Positions 17,811-26,721 of a DNA stretch of 54,648 nucleotides are shown piece after piece (within the stretch, counting starts at the first letter, position 1; the number at the start of each line of letters is the position of its first letter). Location: the IMG/VR virus record IMGVR_UViG_3300025433_000326, positions 1 to 54,648 of that record. One strand, written 5' to 3'. Source of the DNA: a virus (taxonomy: Duplodnaviria > Caudoviricetes). The notes below the pieces were generated by a model. That model did not search any database and had not been told where the DNA came from. It was given only the letters and a program-made list of their open reading frames with translations. Both the position numbers and the translations under genes were made by a program.

Positions 17811-20395
17811 ATGACAACATTATTGATCAGCACAAAGGAATTGGCTTGCCGAGAACAAGCAGCTTGATTCTGGACATTGACACTGAAGCGGTAACACCAG
17901 GTAATCTGGATTTCACGCTGTCAATGGCAGCCAAAGTTGATTTCACCGACAACTACACAGTTCGCGTAATTACCGCGCCTGCGTCAGACTATGCCGTGGA
18001 TTGGGGGGATGGAAACGAAACAATACAATCAAGCTCTTCAGCCTTGCTTCATACATACGCTACTGCAGGAGAGTACCAAATAACAATCTATGGGCTGCTG
18101 GGAGGAGGTATCCATCCTTGGTTTGATGAAGGCGCTAGCGCAAATCTAATTACTGGAGTAGGTGCTACAGATAATGCGCGGTTTGCCAATATATTTACGG
18201 CTTTCAGGGAGTGCTCAAACCTCGCATCAGTAAGTTCCAGCTTTGAACTTGGAGGCGCAACTGTCCTTGCCTCTACTTGGGCATCTTGTGCTAACTTAAC
18301 ATCTTTCCCTTTAATTGATTTCAGTCAAGTTACTGTACTGGCTAGTGGCTGGCCTGGGGTTGTTAACTGGCGTAGTAATAACACTTTAGGTGTATGGGAA
18401 AACTGCACAGGGCTTACCAGCTTCCCGCTCATCAATACCAGTAATGTCACTGTCTTTAGCCAAACCTGGCGGGACTGCAATAGCCTTAATTCGTTCCCGT
18501 TGATTGACACAAGTAAAGGGACTGACTTTTACTTTACCTGGGCTCGCTGCACTAGCCTTACTTCATTCGCGTTGATTGACACAAGTAAAGGGACTAACTT
18601 TCAGGCGGCCTGGCGGGAATGCAATAGCCTTAATTCGTTCCCGTTGATTAACACAAGTGAAGGGACTAACTTTCGCTTAACCTGGAGTAGCTGCAATAGC
18701 CTTAATTCATTCCCGTTGATTAATACGAGCAATGGCACTAACTTTAACCAAGCCTGGCGGGACTGCAATAGCCTTACTTCGTTCCCGTTGATTGACACAA
18801 GTAAAGGGACTGACTTTAGCTATGCCTGGCGGTACTGCTATAGCCTTACTTCATTCCCGTTGATTGACACAAGTAATGGCATTAACTTTAGCGACGCTTG
18901 GAATAACTGCAATAGCCTTAGTTCATTCCCGTTGATTGATACAAGTAAAGGGACTAACTTTAACTCAACCTGGCGGGACTGCAATAGCCTTACTTCGTTC
19001 CCGTTGATTGACACAAGTAAAGGGACTGACTTTAGCTATGCCTGGCGGTACTGCTATAGCCTTACTTCATTCCCGTTGATTGACACAAGTAATGGCATTA
19101 ACTTTAGCGGCGCTTGGAATAACTGCAATAGCCTTAATTCGTTCCCGTTGATTGACACAAGTAATGGCACTAACTTTGCCTCAACCTGGTGGTACTGCAC
19201 TAGCCTTAGTTCATTCCCGTTGATTGATACAAGTAAAGGGACTAACTTTGACTCAACCTGGCGGGACTGCAATAGCCTTAATTCATTCCCGTTGATTGAC
19301 ACAAGTAATGGCACTAACTTTGCCTCAACCTGGCTGAACTGCACTAGCCTTAATTCATTCCCGTTGATTAATACGAGCAATGGCACTAACTTTGGCGAAA
19401 CCTGGCGGGACTGCAATAGCCTTAATTCATTCCCGTTGATTGACACAAGTAATGGCACTAACTTTGCCTTAACCTGGTATAACTGCACTAGCCTTAATTC
19501 ATTCCCGTTGATTAATACGAGCAATGGCACTAACTTTGGCGAAACCTGGCGGAACTGCACTAGCCTTAATTCGTTCCCGTTGATTGACACAAGTAATGGC
19601 ACTAACTTTGCCTTAACCTGGAATAACTGCACTAGCCTTACTTCATTCCCGTTGATTAATACGAGTAAAGGCATTAACTTTAACTCAACCTGGCGGGACT
19701 GCACTAGCCTTAGTTCATTCCCGTTGATTGATACAAGCAATGGCACTTACTTTAACGAAACCTGGTGGAACTGCACTAGCCTTAGTTCATTCCCGTTGAT
19801 TAATACGAGCAATGGCACTAACTTTGACTCAACCTGGCGGAACTGCAATAGCCTTAATTCATTCCCGTTGATTAATACGAGCAATGGCACTAACTTTCGC
19901 TTAGCCTGGCTGAACTGCACTAGCCTTAATTCATTCCCGTTGATTAATACGAGCAATGCGACCAACTTTACCTCAACCTGGCTGAACTGCACTAGCCTTA
20001 ATTCATTCCCGTTGATTGATACAAGTAATGTCACTGACTTTCCCAGAGCCTGGAAAAACTGCAATAGCCTTAATTCATTCCCGTTGATTAATACGAGTAA
20101 TGCGACCACGTTCGTAAGCGCATGGAGCGAATGCACGGCTTTAGCAGACTTCCCAGCTGGTGTATTCAACGGCTGTCCCTGTACGGATTTCACGATGGCC
20201 TTCAACGACTGTGCCCTGACTGCCACCTCTGTCAACAATATCCTTATATCTATTGAGTCAAACGGCACGTCAAATGGAACGCTTGAACTAAGTAATGTCT
20301 TGTCATTGGGCACCAACGCCGCTCCAACAGGCGCTGGCATCACCGCCAGAAACGCCCTGATCTCTCGCGGCTGGACCGTGAACGTCAACCCCTAG
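17807..20395 (+). CDS. PKD domain + BspA/DUF285-like LRR solenoid, putative receptor-binding protein
   Basis: VDWGDG...HTYATAGEYQITI (PKD-like), then 24 repeats of 24 aa; lower GC; ATGA-coupled to the fibre gene. Confidence 0.85.
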   Translation: MNDNIIDQHKGIGLPRTSSLILDIDTEAVTPGNLDFTLSMAAKVDFTDNYTVRVITAPASDYAVDWGDGNETIQSSSSALLHTYATAGEYQITIYGLLGGGIHPWFDEGASANLITGVGATDNARFANIFTAFRECSNLASVSSSFELGGATVLASTWASCANLTSFPLIDFSQVTVLASGWPGVVNWRSNNTLGVWENCTGLTSFPLINTSNVTVFSQTWRDCNSLNSFPLIDTSKGTDFYFTWARCTSLTSFALIDTSKGTNFQAAWRECNSLNSFPLINTSEGTNFRLTWSSCNSLNSFPLINTSNGTNFNQAWRDCNSLTSFPLIDTSKGTDFSYAWRYCYSLTSFPLIDTSNGINFSDAWNNCNSLSSFPLIDTSKGTNFNSTWRDCNSLTSFPLIDTSKGTDFSYAWRYCYSLTSFPLIDTSNGINFSGAWNNCNSLNSFPLIDTSNGTNFASTWWYCTSLSSFPLIDTSKGTNFDSTWRDCNSLNSFPLIDTSNGTNFASTWLNCTSLNSFPLINTSNGTNFGETWRDCNSLNSFPLIDTSNGTNFALTWYNCTSLNSFPLINTSNGTNFGETWRNCTSLNSFPLIDTSNGTNFALTWNNCTSLTSFPLINTSKGINFNSTWRDCTSLSSFPLIDTSNGTYFNETWWNCTSLSSFPLINTSNGTNFDSTWRNCNSLNSFPLINTSNGTNFRLAWLNCTSLNSFPLINTSNATNFTSTWLNCTSLNSFPLIDTSNVTDFPRAWKNCNSLNSFPLINTSNATTFVSAWSECTALADFPAGVFNGCPCTDFTMAFNDCALTATSVNNILISIESNGTSNGTLELSNVLSLGTNAAPTGAGITARNALISRGWTVNVNP
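18398..20125 (+). repeat. 24 x 72-bp coding tandem repeats
   Basis: Consensus xxC(N/T)SL(N/T/S)SFPLI(D/N)TS(N/K)GTNFxx(T/A)W; period of exactly 72 nt. Confidence 0.97.
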
Positions 20396-20404
20396 CCCCC
20401 TCCC

Positions 20405-20944
20405 ATGAGCTACGTCCTCGCCATTCCGTCTACCACCCCTGTCCTTGCCACCCGCGCCGCGCTCCAGGCTGCCTACCCGTCCAGCATCTTCCCCGCAAGC
20501 TTTGCCGGCCTGGAGGATTTCCACGTCTACTCAGTCACCCCATCCCTCGAGCCCGAATACGACCCCACCACGCACAAGCTCATCCTTCAACCCTTCACCG
20601 GCTCCGGCAGCTCCTGGACGCAAGCCTGGACAATCGAGCCTCTATCAGCGGCTGAGCTGGCTGCCCTCAACCCGCCCCAGTGGCAGGAGTTCGCCGCCGC
20701 TGTTGTGATGGATCCAGCGATCAACAGCATGTTGACTGCTGTCGCCGCCGCCGGATTCCCCGCGCTGGCTGGAGGCCTGCAGGTCGGCATGGGCCAGGCC
20801 GCCGAGGGCAAGCCTCAAACGTTTGTGACCATGTGGGCCGGAGTCACCCCGATGCTCACCGAAGGCCTTGCCGCGCACCTTGCAGCGATGGCCACCACCT
20901 ACCACCTGCCAGCGGCGTTTGTTGCAAACTTGAATCCAGCGTAG
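20405..20944 (+). CDS. tail-fibre-associated hypothetical protein
   Basis: PEYDPTTHKL...WTQAWTIEPL motif typical of fibre-adjacent proteins. Confidence 0.65.
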   Translation: MSYVLAIPSTTPVLATRAALQAAYPSSIFPASFAGLEDFHVYSVTPSLEPEYDPTTHKLILQPFTGSGSSWTQAWTIEPLSAAELAALNPPQWQEFAAAVVMDPAINSMLTAVAAAGFPALAGGLQVGMGQAAEGKPQTFVTMWAGVTPMLTEGLAAHLAAMATTYHLPAAFVANLNPA

Positions 20945-20970
20945 ACTTTCCGCATCATCGCTTTGCGACA

Positions 20971-21213
20971 ATGCGCTCCCGCTTCATCCTGGCAACGGCA
21001 CTTACCACGGCCGCCGTGGTCCTGATCCCCACTGCCGCCCTGGCCCAGGCTGTCACCCCTGGCAGCGTTGTCGCGTACATCACCATGATTGGGAGCATCT
21101 GGTTTGCGATTGACAAGGTGATTGACTTGCTCCCGCTCCCCGAGAACACCCTGATTCAGTTCATCCGGGACACCCTTAACGCTTTTTTCGCCCAGCAAAA
21201 ACAGAACCGGTAG
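20971..21213 (+). CDS. small membrane protein, holin-like
   Basis: 80 aa with two hydrophobic segments, at the start of the lysis module. Confidence 0.55.
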   Translation: MRSRFILATALTTAAVVLIPTAALAQAVTPGSVVAYITMIGSIWFAIDKVIDLLPLPENTLIQFIRDTLNAFFAQQKQNR

Positions 21214-21281
21214 ATCCGTTCCGGGATTTCAAGTGGCAGGGCGACCCGGAGCCCGGCGCTGCGCAGGTCCCTGGCGGGAAG

Positions 21282-21524
21282 ATGCTTTTGACGTTTGAGC
21301 TCGGCGGGCCCACGCCAGCAGAACAGAACGCTCGCATCCTGAACGAGCTGCTGACAGAGCATCGCGTCAGCAAAGCAATCAGCGATTTTGAGGAAGCCCA
21401 ACCAGAAGAGGAAGCCCCCGCCCCGATCTTCACTGAAGAGCCGATCGATCCAAACCTACAGACCGGAGATAGCCGGCTGCTCGGCGGCGCGATGGAGATC
21501 AAGGCGCCTCACCAGCGCTCATAG
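21282..21524 (+). CDS. hypothetical protein
   Basis: 80-aa acidic ORF in the lysis module. Confidence 0.55.
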   Translation: MLLTFELGGPTPAEQNARILNELLTEHRVSKAISDFEEAQPEEEAPAPIFTEEPIDPNLQTGDSRLLGGAMEIKAPHQRS

Positions 21525-21599
21525 ATGGCCGCGGCGATCGGCTGTGGCACCATCGCCTTAAACTGAGCTCAAGCAGCCGCAGAGGGCGGGATGGGCTAA

Positions 21600-22241
21600 A
21601 TGTTTGTCCTGGATGATCTCTTGGCAATTGGCGCGACTGCAAGCGCCGTTACCGTGTGGCTAAAAAGAAATGACTGGGTGATGCCAATTCTTTCCAGAGC
21701 ACAGCGCAAGGTTTCGCGGCTTATGCCAGGGGCCGGAAGGGATCAAATACTGGCCGAGATACTGTATGAGCTGAAGCCAAACGGCGGCTATTCACTGAAA
21801 GACACAGTGAATCGAATTGAGCAAAACCAAAAAGAACTGCGCCTAAAAGCTCAAATAGTGGCAGTAGCTCAGTCACTGCAGCAGAACATGCTGAACATCG
21901 CGGTGGCTCGCTTTGATGATGACGGCCTGCTGGTTGAGGCAAACCAGCCATGCCTACACCTGCTTGGCCTAACACATCGTGAAGCATTAGGCAGTGGATG
22001 GAAGAACGCAATAGCAGAAGACGCAAGAGGATCGATAGCAACAGAGTGGTGTTGTTCTATCGATGATCGCCGCGACGTGCGGATGGACGCTTGCATTTTT
22101 AACCGCACCACCCGAGAGAAAAGCTTAGTTTCTATAGAAGCCAATCGACTAGAGGTAGATGATCGAGTGTTTGGCTGGCTTGCATGGATGAGGCCGGTTC
22201 CGATGTCACGTTCAGAAGCTGCCGAAGCAGAAGCCGCCTGA
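21600..22241 (+). CDS. N-terminal membrane/coiled-coil protein with C-terminal PAS domain
   Basis: Hydrophobic N-terminus, ELKPNGGYSLKD..NRIE, then RFDDDGLLVEANQ...LLGL...EALGSGWKNAI (PAS pattern). Confidence 0.75.
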   Translation: MFVLDDLLAIGATASAVTVWLKRNDWVMPILSRAQRKVSRLMPGAGRDQILAEILYELKPNGGYSLKDTVNRIEQNQKELRLKAQIVAVAQSLQQNMLNIAVARFDDDGLLVEANQPCLHLLGLTHREALGSGWKNAIAEDARGSIATEWCCSIDDRRDVRMDACIFNRTTREKSLVSIEANRLEVDDRVFGWLAWMRPVPMSRSEAAEAEAA

Positions 22242-22314
22242 CCGCCAGCCATGAATCCTCCCTGTTGCCAGGTCATCATTCAGCAGTAACGTCGAGGGGT
22301 GCGCGTAAAAGCCA

Positions 22315-23049
22315 GTGAAGCCTTCCCTTTTTCAGTACGCCCAGGCCACCAAGCGCGACCTGCCCCGCCACCAAGAGTTTTGGCAAGCTGTGGAGGACAT
22401 GCTGAGCGATGAGCAGCGCCAGGCCCTCTCAGATGGCGGCGCTGTGCGCGCTGCGCTCTGGCTTGCCCCTGAACAACCCCCGGCCCCCCCGGAGCCGGCT
22501 GGCTTCAACTGGAATCGCGCCAGGCAGGCCTGCTGGGACCTGATGCAGGTGATCTACGCCCATGAAGGCGGAACCGTTGATCCCTATGAAGCCTTCAACC
22601 GTGGAGTGGCCGGCGACAGCCTCCGCCAGCGGTGGCCCGGCGGTGGCCTCCAGGTGCTCAGCATCGGTGAAATCATTAACCTCCAGCAATCTGAGAAGAT
22701 CTTTGCCGTTGGCGCCCTCCAGGTGATCCCTTCCACCTTGCTGGAGCTCCTTCCTGATTCAGGCCTGACCCATGAGGATCGCTTTGATGCCGCCAGCCAG
22801 GACCGCCTCACCCTCACAATCCTGCTGAAAGGCCGGAAGCGGCCGGCCCTGACCCGCTACCTGATGGGGGGCCACGATCAAAACGCTGCACTGGATGATC
22901 TGGCCTACGAATGGGCCAGCCTGCCCAATCACACCGGCCGCGGCTGGTACGACGGTGATGAAGGAGGCAACCGCGCCAATGGCGAGCTCTCTGAGATCAA
23001 AGAGGCCCTGATCAAGGCCCGCATGAACTGGGCCATCCTGCGGCGATAA
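22315..23049 (+). CDS. endolysin, lambda-R/GH104-like lysozyme
   Basis: IYAHEG...Y, AVGALQVIPSTL, FDAASQD, LAYEWASLP motifs. Confidence 0.8.
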   Translation: MKPSLFQYAQATKRDLPRHQEFWQAVEDMLSDEQRQALSDGGAVRAALWLAPEQPPAPPEPAGFNWNRARQACWDLMQVIYAHEGGTVDPYEAFNRGVAGDSLRQRWPGGGLQVLSIGEIINLQQSEKIFAVGALQVIPSTLLELLPDSGLTHEDRFDAASQDRLTLTILLKGRKRPALTRYLMGGHDQNAALDDLAYEWASLPNHTGRGWYDGDEGGNRANGELSEIKEALIKARMNWAILRR

Positions 23050-23053
23050 GGGC

Positions 23054-23800
23054 TCAGTACGGCCACCGAGCAGCAGGCCAGGCCCCGGCGCCAGGCACAA
23101 ACCCACCCTGCCGCCGGTCCAGGTGAATGAAGCCCCTCCGGCGGCCGTCACCCAGCCCCCCGGTCCAGCGGCGACTGATCCAGTTGTAGAACGAATCGAG
23201 GCTTGCCCCGATCGGGTACAGGTCAACAGCCAACCCGCTGACGTGGTAGCTGCCCCACACACCACCCACCTGCCGGTTGATTGGTTCCGGCCGATAGAAC
23301 GATGTCACCCCCAGCGGCCGCCTCCAGGCGGTGCGCACCTTCTGGTATTCGGCCGCTGTCGCCAGGATCCGGCGAATGTCGGCGCTGTTGGCCGGTGGCC
23401 GGCGGCGGTGATCAAACTGCAGCACCTCGCCCACCGTCAGGTTCGGGGTGACCAGACAGCTGAAATCACTCCAATCAATTGGGCCGGCCGCCGGGCGGGT
23501 TGCCGCCTGCAGCCGCCTGAAGTGGGGTGAGTAGACAATCCAGGAGCCAGCACCGCTGGCCAGCTCCACCCGTTCGCTGGCGTGTTCCGGGATCTCCGTT
23601 GTCTCCACGACGCCATAGGTCTGGCCGCGGCGAACAGCAACTTTCTGATCCGCTGGCAGGCTGCTGGCCTGCTCGGTGCTCTTCTTTAGCCAGGTGTCTT
23701 CGACGGCTTGGAGGGTGAAGAAGAGCGGCCGCGGCTTTGCTTCCGCAGCCTTTGAGGCATCAACCGCGGGGCTTGATTCAGCCGGCTGCTGGGGCGCCAT
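23054..23800 (-). CDS. peptidase M15 (Zn D-Ala-D-Ala family) with N-terminal SH3-like domain
   Basis: TSFYRP..NRQVGG..GSYH..GLAVD and FIHLD; DTWLKKST module. Start uncertain (up to 23860). Confidence 0.85.
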   Translation of the reverse strand: MAPQQPAESSPAVDASKAAEAKPRPLFFTLQAVEDTWLKKSTEQASSLPADQKVAVRRGQTYGVVETTEIPEHASERVELASGAGSWIVYSPHFRRLQAATRPAAGPIDWSDFSCLVTPNLTVGEVLQFDHRRRPPANSADIRRILATAAEYQKVRTAWRRPLGVTSFYRPEPINRQVGGVWGSYHVSGLAVDLYPIGASLDSFYNWISRRWTGGLGDGRRRGFIHLDRRQGGFVPGAGAWPAARWPY

Positions 23801-24098
23801 CGCCAGGGTTTTCTGCGGTTTGATCGCCATCTGCCGGGTTTTGCGCTGCTTTGGCTTCATTCTGAAGCCGTAACGCCTCCATGGCTTCCTTTTCGTTGGG
23901 CATCGGCCGGTTCAGGCCCGTGAAGGTTCCATGAAGGGTGTGGGTCGGTTGATCCCGGCCGGCGGCCTCATAGAGCATCCGCATCTTGATGATCCGGTTT
24001 GACATCGCCACGTGATCGGTGGCCCCAGGGCTGCGGGGGGCAGTGCGCAGCGTCTTGAGGTGCTGCTCGAGGGTTTGCTTCAACTTGGGCATTTCCAT
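23778..24098 (-). CDS. hypothetical protein
   Basis: ORF within the leftward operon. Confidence 0.5.
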   Translation of the reverse strand: MEMPKLKQTLEQHLKTLRTAPRSPGATDHVAMSNRIIKMRMLYEAAGRDQPTHTLHGTFTGLNRPMPNEKEAMEALRLQNEAKAAQNPADGDQTAENPGDGAPAAG

Positions 24099-24447
24099 TG
24101 ATCGGCGAGAAGGCAGGGCATCCATCGGCGCGGATGACCCGGCCGCTTGCCTCTGGGATGCCTAGGGAACAGATTCTGCCTGAAGCGCTCTTGTCCCTGG
24201 TTCCCACCCCGGTCCAGTGGCAGCAGTCCCTACAGGTTGAGCAGAACGCGCTGGTTTTCCTGATCTCCATCCGCGGCAGCTCCGGGCAGATCGAGCGGTT
24301 ACAGGCCCCCGAGGCAATCCGGTAGACCAGCAACGCCGACACCTGCAGATCCTCGGCCAGCTGCTCCCGCACCTGGCAGGAGGGCAGGCCCGGGGCGGTG
24401 AGGATGGTCCGCACCAGTGCCTCCCTCTCGGCTGATGGCGCGATCAT
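23968..24447 (-). CDS. HTH + Cys-rich hypothetical protein
   Basis: LAEDLQVSALLVYRIASG, CxxCxHW...C.LGIPE...C; ATGA-coupled. Confidence 0.6.
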   Translation of the reverse strand: MIAPSAEREALVRTILTAPGLPSCQVREQLAEDLQVSALLVYRIASGACNRSICPELPRMEIRKTSAFCSTCRDCCHWTGVGTRDKSASGRICSLGIPEASGRVIRADGCPAFSPINGNAQVEANPRAAPQDAAHCPPQPWGHRSRGDVKPDHQDADAL

Positions 24448-25136
24448 GGCAACGGCCGGGTGTACCGGTAGCCCCACCATTGCTGGCTGATAACGCTGCC
24501 ATCCTTCGCCAGGTTTGTCTCACGGCAGGCGATCGGCCATCCGAACTTGTCGTAATAGATGACGGCTTTCTCTTCGATTCCCCCCGGCCGGTAGAGGTGG
24601 CGGCGCTTGCACCAGCCTGAGCAGGGCATCCCATCAAACGGCACAGGCTCTGGAAGGGTGGTGTGCTCATTGACCACCTGGTGCCCCTGGTCATCAATGA
24701 TGATCTGCAGAGCTCCCGGCGGAAATCTCCGGCCTTCTGGCGGAACGATCAGGCCGGGCGCCGGCATCCTCAAAATGAACCCCCCGCCTGGATCATCCCC
24801 CTCGACGGTGAGGAACTGAAGCAGGTGATGCCGGCTGGCAATTTTCCCGATCGGCCGGCGCACAAAGGCCGCGGCCGCGTTATGGACCTGGCGGCGGCTC
24901 TGGCCTTCCTCGCCGTGCATCTCCCAAGGCGTTGCGTAGATCCAATCGAGGCCTTTTTCTGGTGGTCCTGCGGCGACGCTGGCGCTGCTGAGGCAGGCCA
25001 GCTGGCTCAGCAGCCTGTGATCCTTCGCCAACATGTTGATGTTGCTCTGGCCCAAGGCCTCCACAATCGGTGAGTCCACGGTTTCGGCGAAAGAGAATGA
25101 GGTCCGAGAGGAGCTGTAGCCAGTTTGGGTTTGCAT
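24444..25136 (-). CDS. hypothetical protein
   Basis: 230-aa ORF coupled to the downstream gene; start uncertain. Confidence 0.55.
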   Translation of the reverse strand: MQTQTGYSSSRTSFSFAETVDSPIVEALGQSNINMLAKDHRLLSQLACLSSASVAAGPPEKGLDWIYATPWEMHGEEGQSRRQVHNAAAAFVRRPIGKIASRHHLLQFLTVEGDDPGGGFILRMPAPGLIVPPEGRRFPPGALQIIIDDQGHQVVNEHTTLPEPVPFDGMPCSGWCKRRHLYRPGGIEEKAVIYYDKFGWPIACRETNLAKDGSVISQQWWGYRYTRPLP

Positions 25137-25464
25137 CGTAGAGATGGGTTTCGGTGAACGAGATCAAGGCCCAACCCGAAAGCTGAGCAAGGGCGGATTT
25201 TGTGCAATCGCGGGTTATCCCATTGCCAGTGGAGTGACCGCCGGGCCTCCAGATGCCGCCTTGTATTTCAAGCGCCACCGCAGCATCAGGCCAGGCGAAA
25301 TCAGCACGGAACGGCGGTGGCCGGCGGGCCTTAAGCCCTTCCTGCTTCTGCCAATGCGCCCAGCTCACCCAGGCGTCCAGGGCATGCTCCCGCACAAAGG
25401 GGAGCAGGGGATAGCTGACCAGCCACTGAGCAGCAAAGGCTTCCTCTAGGTGGCTGGGGGCCAT
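24880..25464 (-). CDS. DUF559/Vsr-like PD-(D/E)XK endonuclease
   Basis: SHLEEAF...FRADFAWP...ALEIQGGIW...GH...RDC.K...GW. Confidence 0.8.
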   Translation of the reverse strand: MAPSHLEEAFAAQWLVSYPLLPFVREHALDAWVSWAHWQKQEGLKARRPPPFRADFAWPDAAVALEIQGGIWRPGGHSTGNGITRDCTKSALAQLSGWALISFTETHLYDANPNWLQLLSDLILFRRNRGLTDCGGLGPEQHQHVGEGSQAAEPAGLPQQRQRRRRTTRKRPRLDLRNALGDARRGRPEPPPGP

Positions 25465-25466
25465 CC

Positions 25467-26090
25467 TCAGTTCAGCTTGGCGACACAGGAGGCAATGCAA
25501 CCAGAGAATGGATCCACCACCCGCCCCTCAGCCGCCAGCACCATGGCCAGCAGTTCCAGCACTGCAGGAAGACTGGATGGTTCAATCCCGTTGATCGAGG
25601 CCTCTGTCATCTTCAAATCAAGCATCTCAAAGAGAACGCTGATGACCAAGGAAAAATCATCAGCGTCCAGCGTTGACGGGTCGGTGGCGAGAGTAAAAGA
25701 ACCGTTGGCCCGCTTTAAGAGCAGGGATCCATCAGGCCGAAGCCCAATCGCCACAATATCCAAGGGCCCTGGCGATTGATCGGTGTCTTCGCTGTCTTCC
25801 TCCTGCTGTACTCGCAGGACCCCCAGCGACTTTTCAAGGGCATATAGAAGCTTTTCCTCAGCATCTATAAGCTTTGCCTCAGCCGCAGACTGCTTCACTG
25901 GCTGTTTCTGATCGTTGTTCATGGTGTTTTTGTGGGTTGCTGTGGAACGTTGGACTGCAGCGATAGCGGCAAGGCCTTGATCAACGGTGGCAATCTCCAG
26001 GTGACCACCGCCCCGCCGCAAGAGCATGCTTCCATCAGGCCGAAGCCCGACCGAAACAAGGTCACCTGGGAACGGCTCCTCTTTGCTCAT
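25467..26090 (-). CDS. hypothetical protein with internal duplication
   Basis: GLRPDGS(M/L)LL(R/K)R occurs twice. Confidence 0.55.
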   Translation of the reverse strand: MSKEEPFPGDLVSVGLRPDGSMLLRRGGGHLEIATVDQGLAAIAAVQRSTATHKNTMNNDQKQPVKQSAAEAKLIDAEEKLLYALEKSLGVLRVQQEEDSEDTDQSPGPLDIVAIGLRPDGSLLLKRANGSFTLATDPSTLDADDFSLVISVLFEMLDLKMTEASINGIEPSSLPAVLELLAMVLAAEGRVVDPFSGCIASCVAKLN

Positions 26091-26533
26091 GGTGTGCCTT
26101 CATCGGCGAAGGCCTGGCCCAGGCGCGGGCGCATCGGGATAGTCGAGAGCTCCAGCACTGTTTGATTCGGGTCGCGGCGTGAGAGGCCTTTGGCGTTTTT
26201 GTTGTAGAACCAGATGCTGGACTGCTTCGCAGGCTGCGGCGCCTTGATCACCACGTCATCGGTGACGACGATGCGGCTTTCGTGGCCCAAGAGCTTGACG
26301 TTGATTTTCAGGGTTACAGAGCCGGAGCCGCCATTGGCGAGCACTGCCTCAACGACCTTGGCCAGGCCTTCGCCCAGCTCCGTGTGGGTGGCCCCGTTGC
26401 GCTGCGAGAAGAGAAACTGCCCAAAGGGGCTGCATTCGCTGCTGGTGGGTTCACGGGGAAAAGGAAAGCGGGGTTGGCTTGAAGTGGTCAATGTTTGCCG
26501 CTGCTTGACCTTGACTGCCGGCCAGTAGGTCAT
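26087..26533 (-). CDS. conserved phage hypothetical protein
   Basis: VVEAV...GSVTLKI...LSRRDPNQ pattern common in temperate phage early regions. Confidence 0.65.
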   Translation of the reverse strand: MTYWPAVKVKQRQTLTTSSQPRFPFPREPTSSECSPFGQFLFSQRNGATHTELGEGLAKVVEAVLANGGSGSVTLKINVKLLGHESRIVVTDDVVIKAPQPAKQSSIWFYNKNAKGLSRRDPNQTVLELSTIPMRPRLGQAFADEGTP

Positions 26534-26721
26534 GTGGAACCTGGAGACGCCGGCATCCCTCGACGGGGCCCAATCATTGGCGAGAGGCCTGTAATTACTC
26601 CCAAACGTTCCGATCAGGAGCAGGCATCACCTGGGAGGTCATGCACGAGGTTCTGCTCATCGCTGCGGCACCAGCAGGGGCGGTCAAGGGCCCCGCGCTG
26701 GTGGTGTTTGTCGTTCCATGC

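Noticed and set aside
18398-20125. Diversity-generating retroelement or CRISPR array
   Set aside because: The repeats are in-frame coding units, variation is not adenine-specific, and there is no reverse transcriptase, template repeat or cas gene in the window.
18325-20388. Minus-strand repetitive ORFs (e.g. 19054..19746, 19747..20388)
   Set aside because: Shadow frames of the plus-strand repeat gene.
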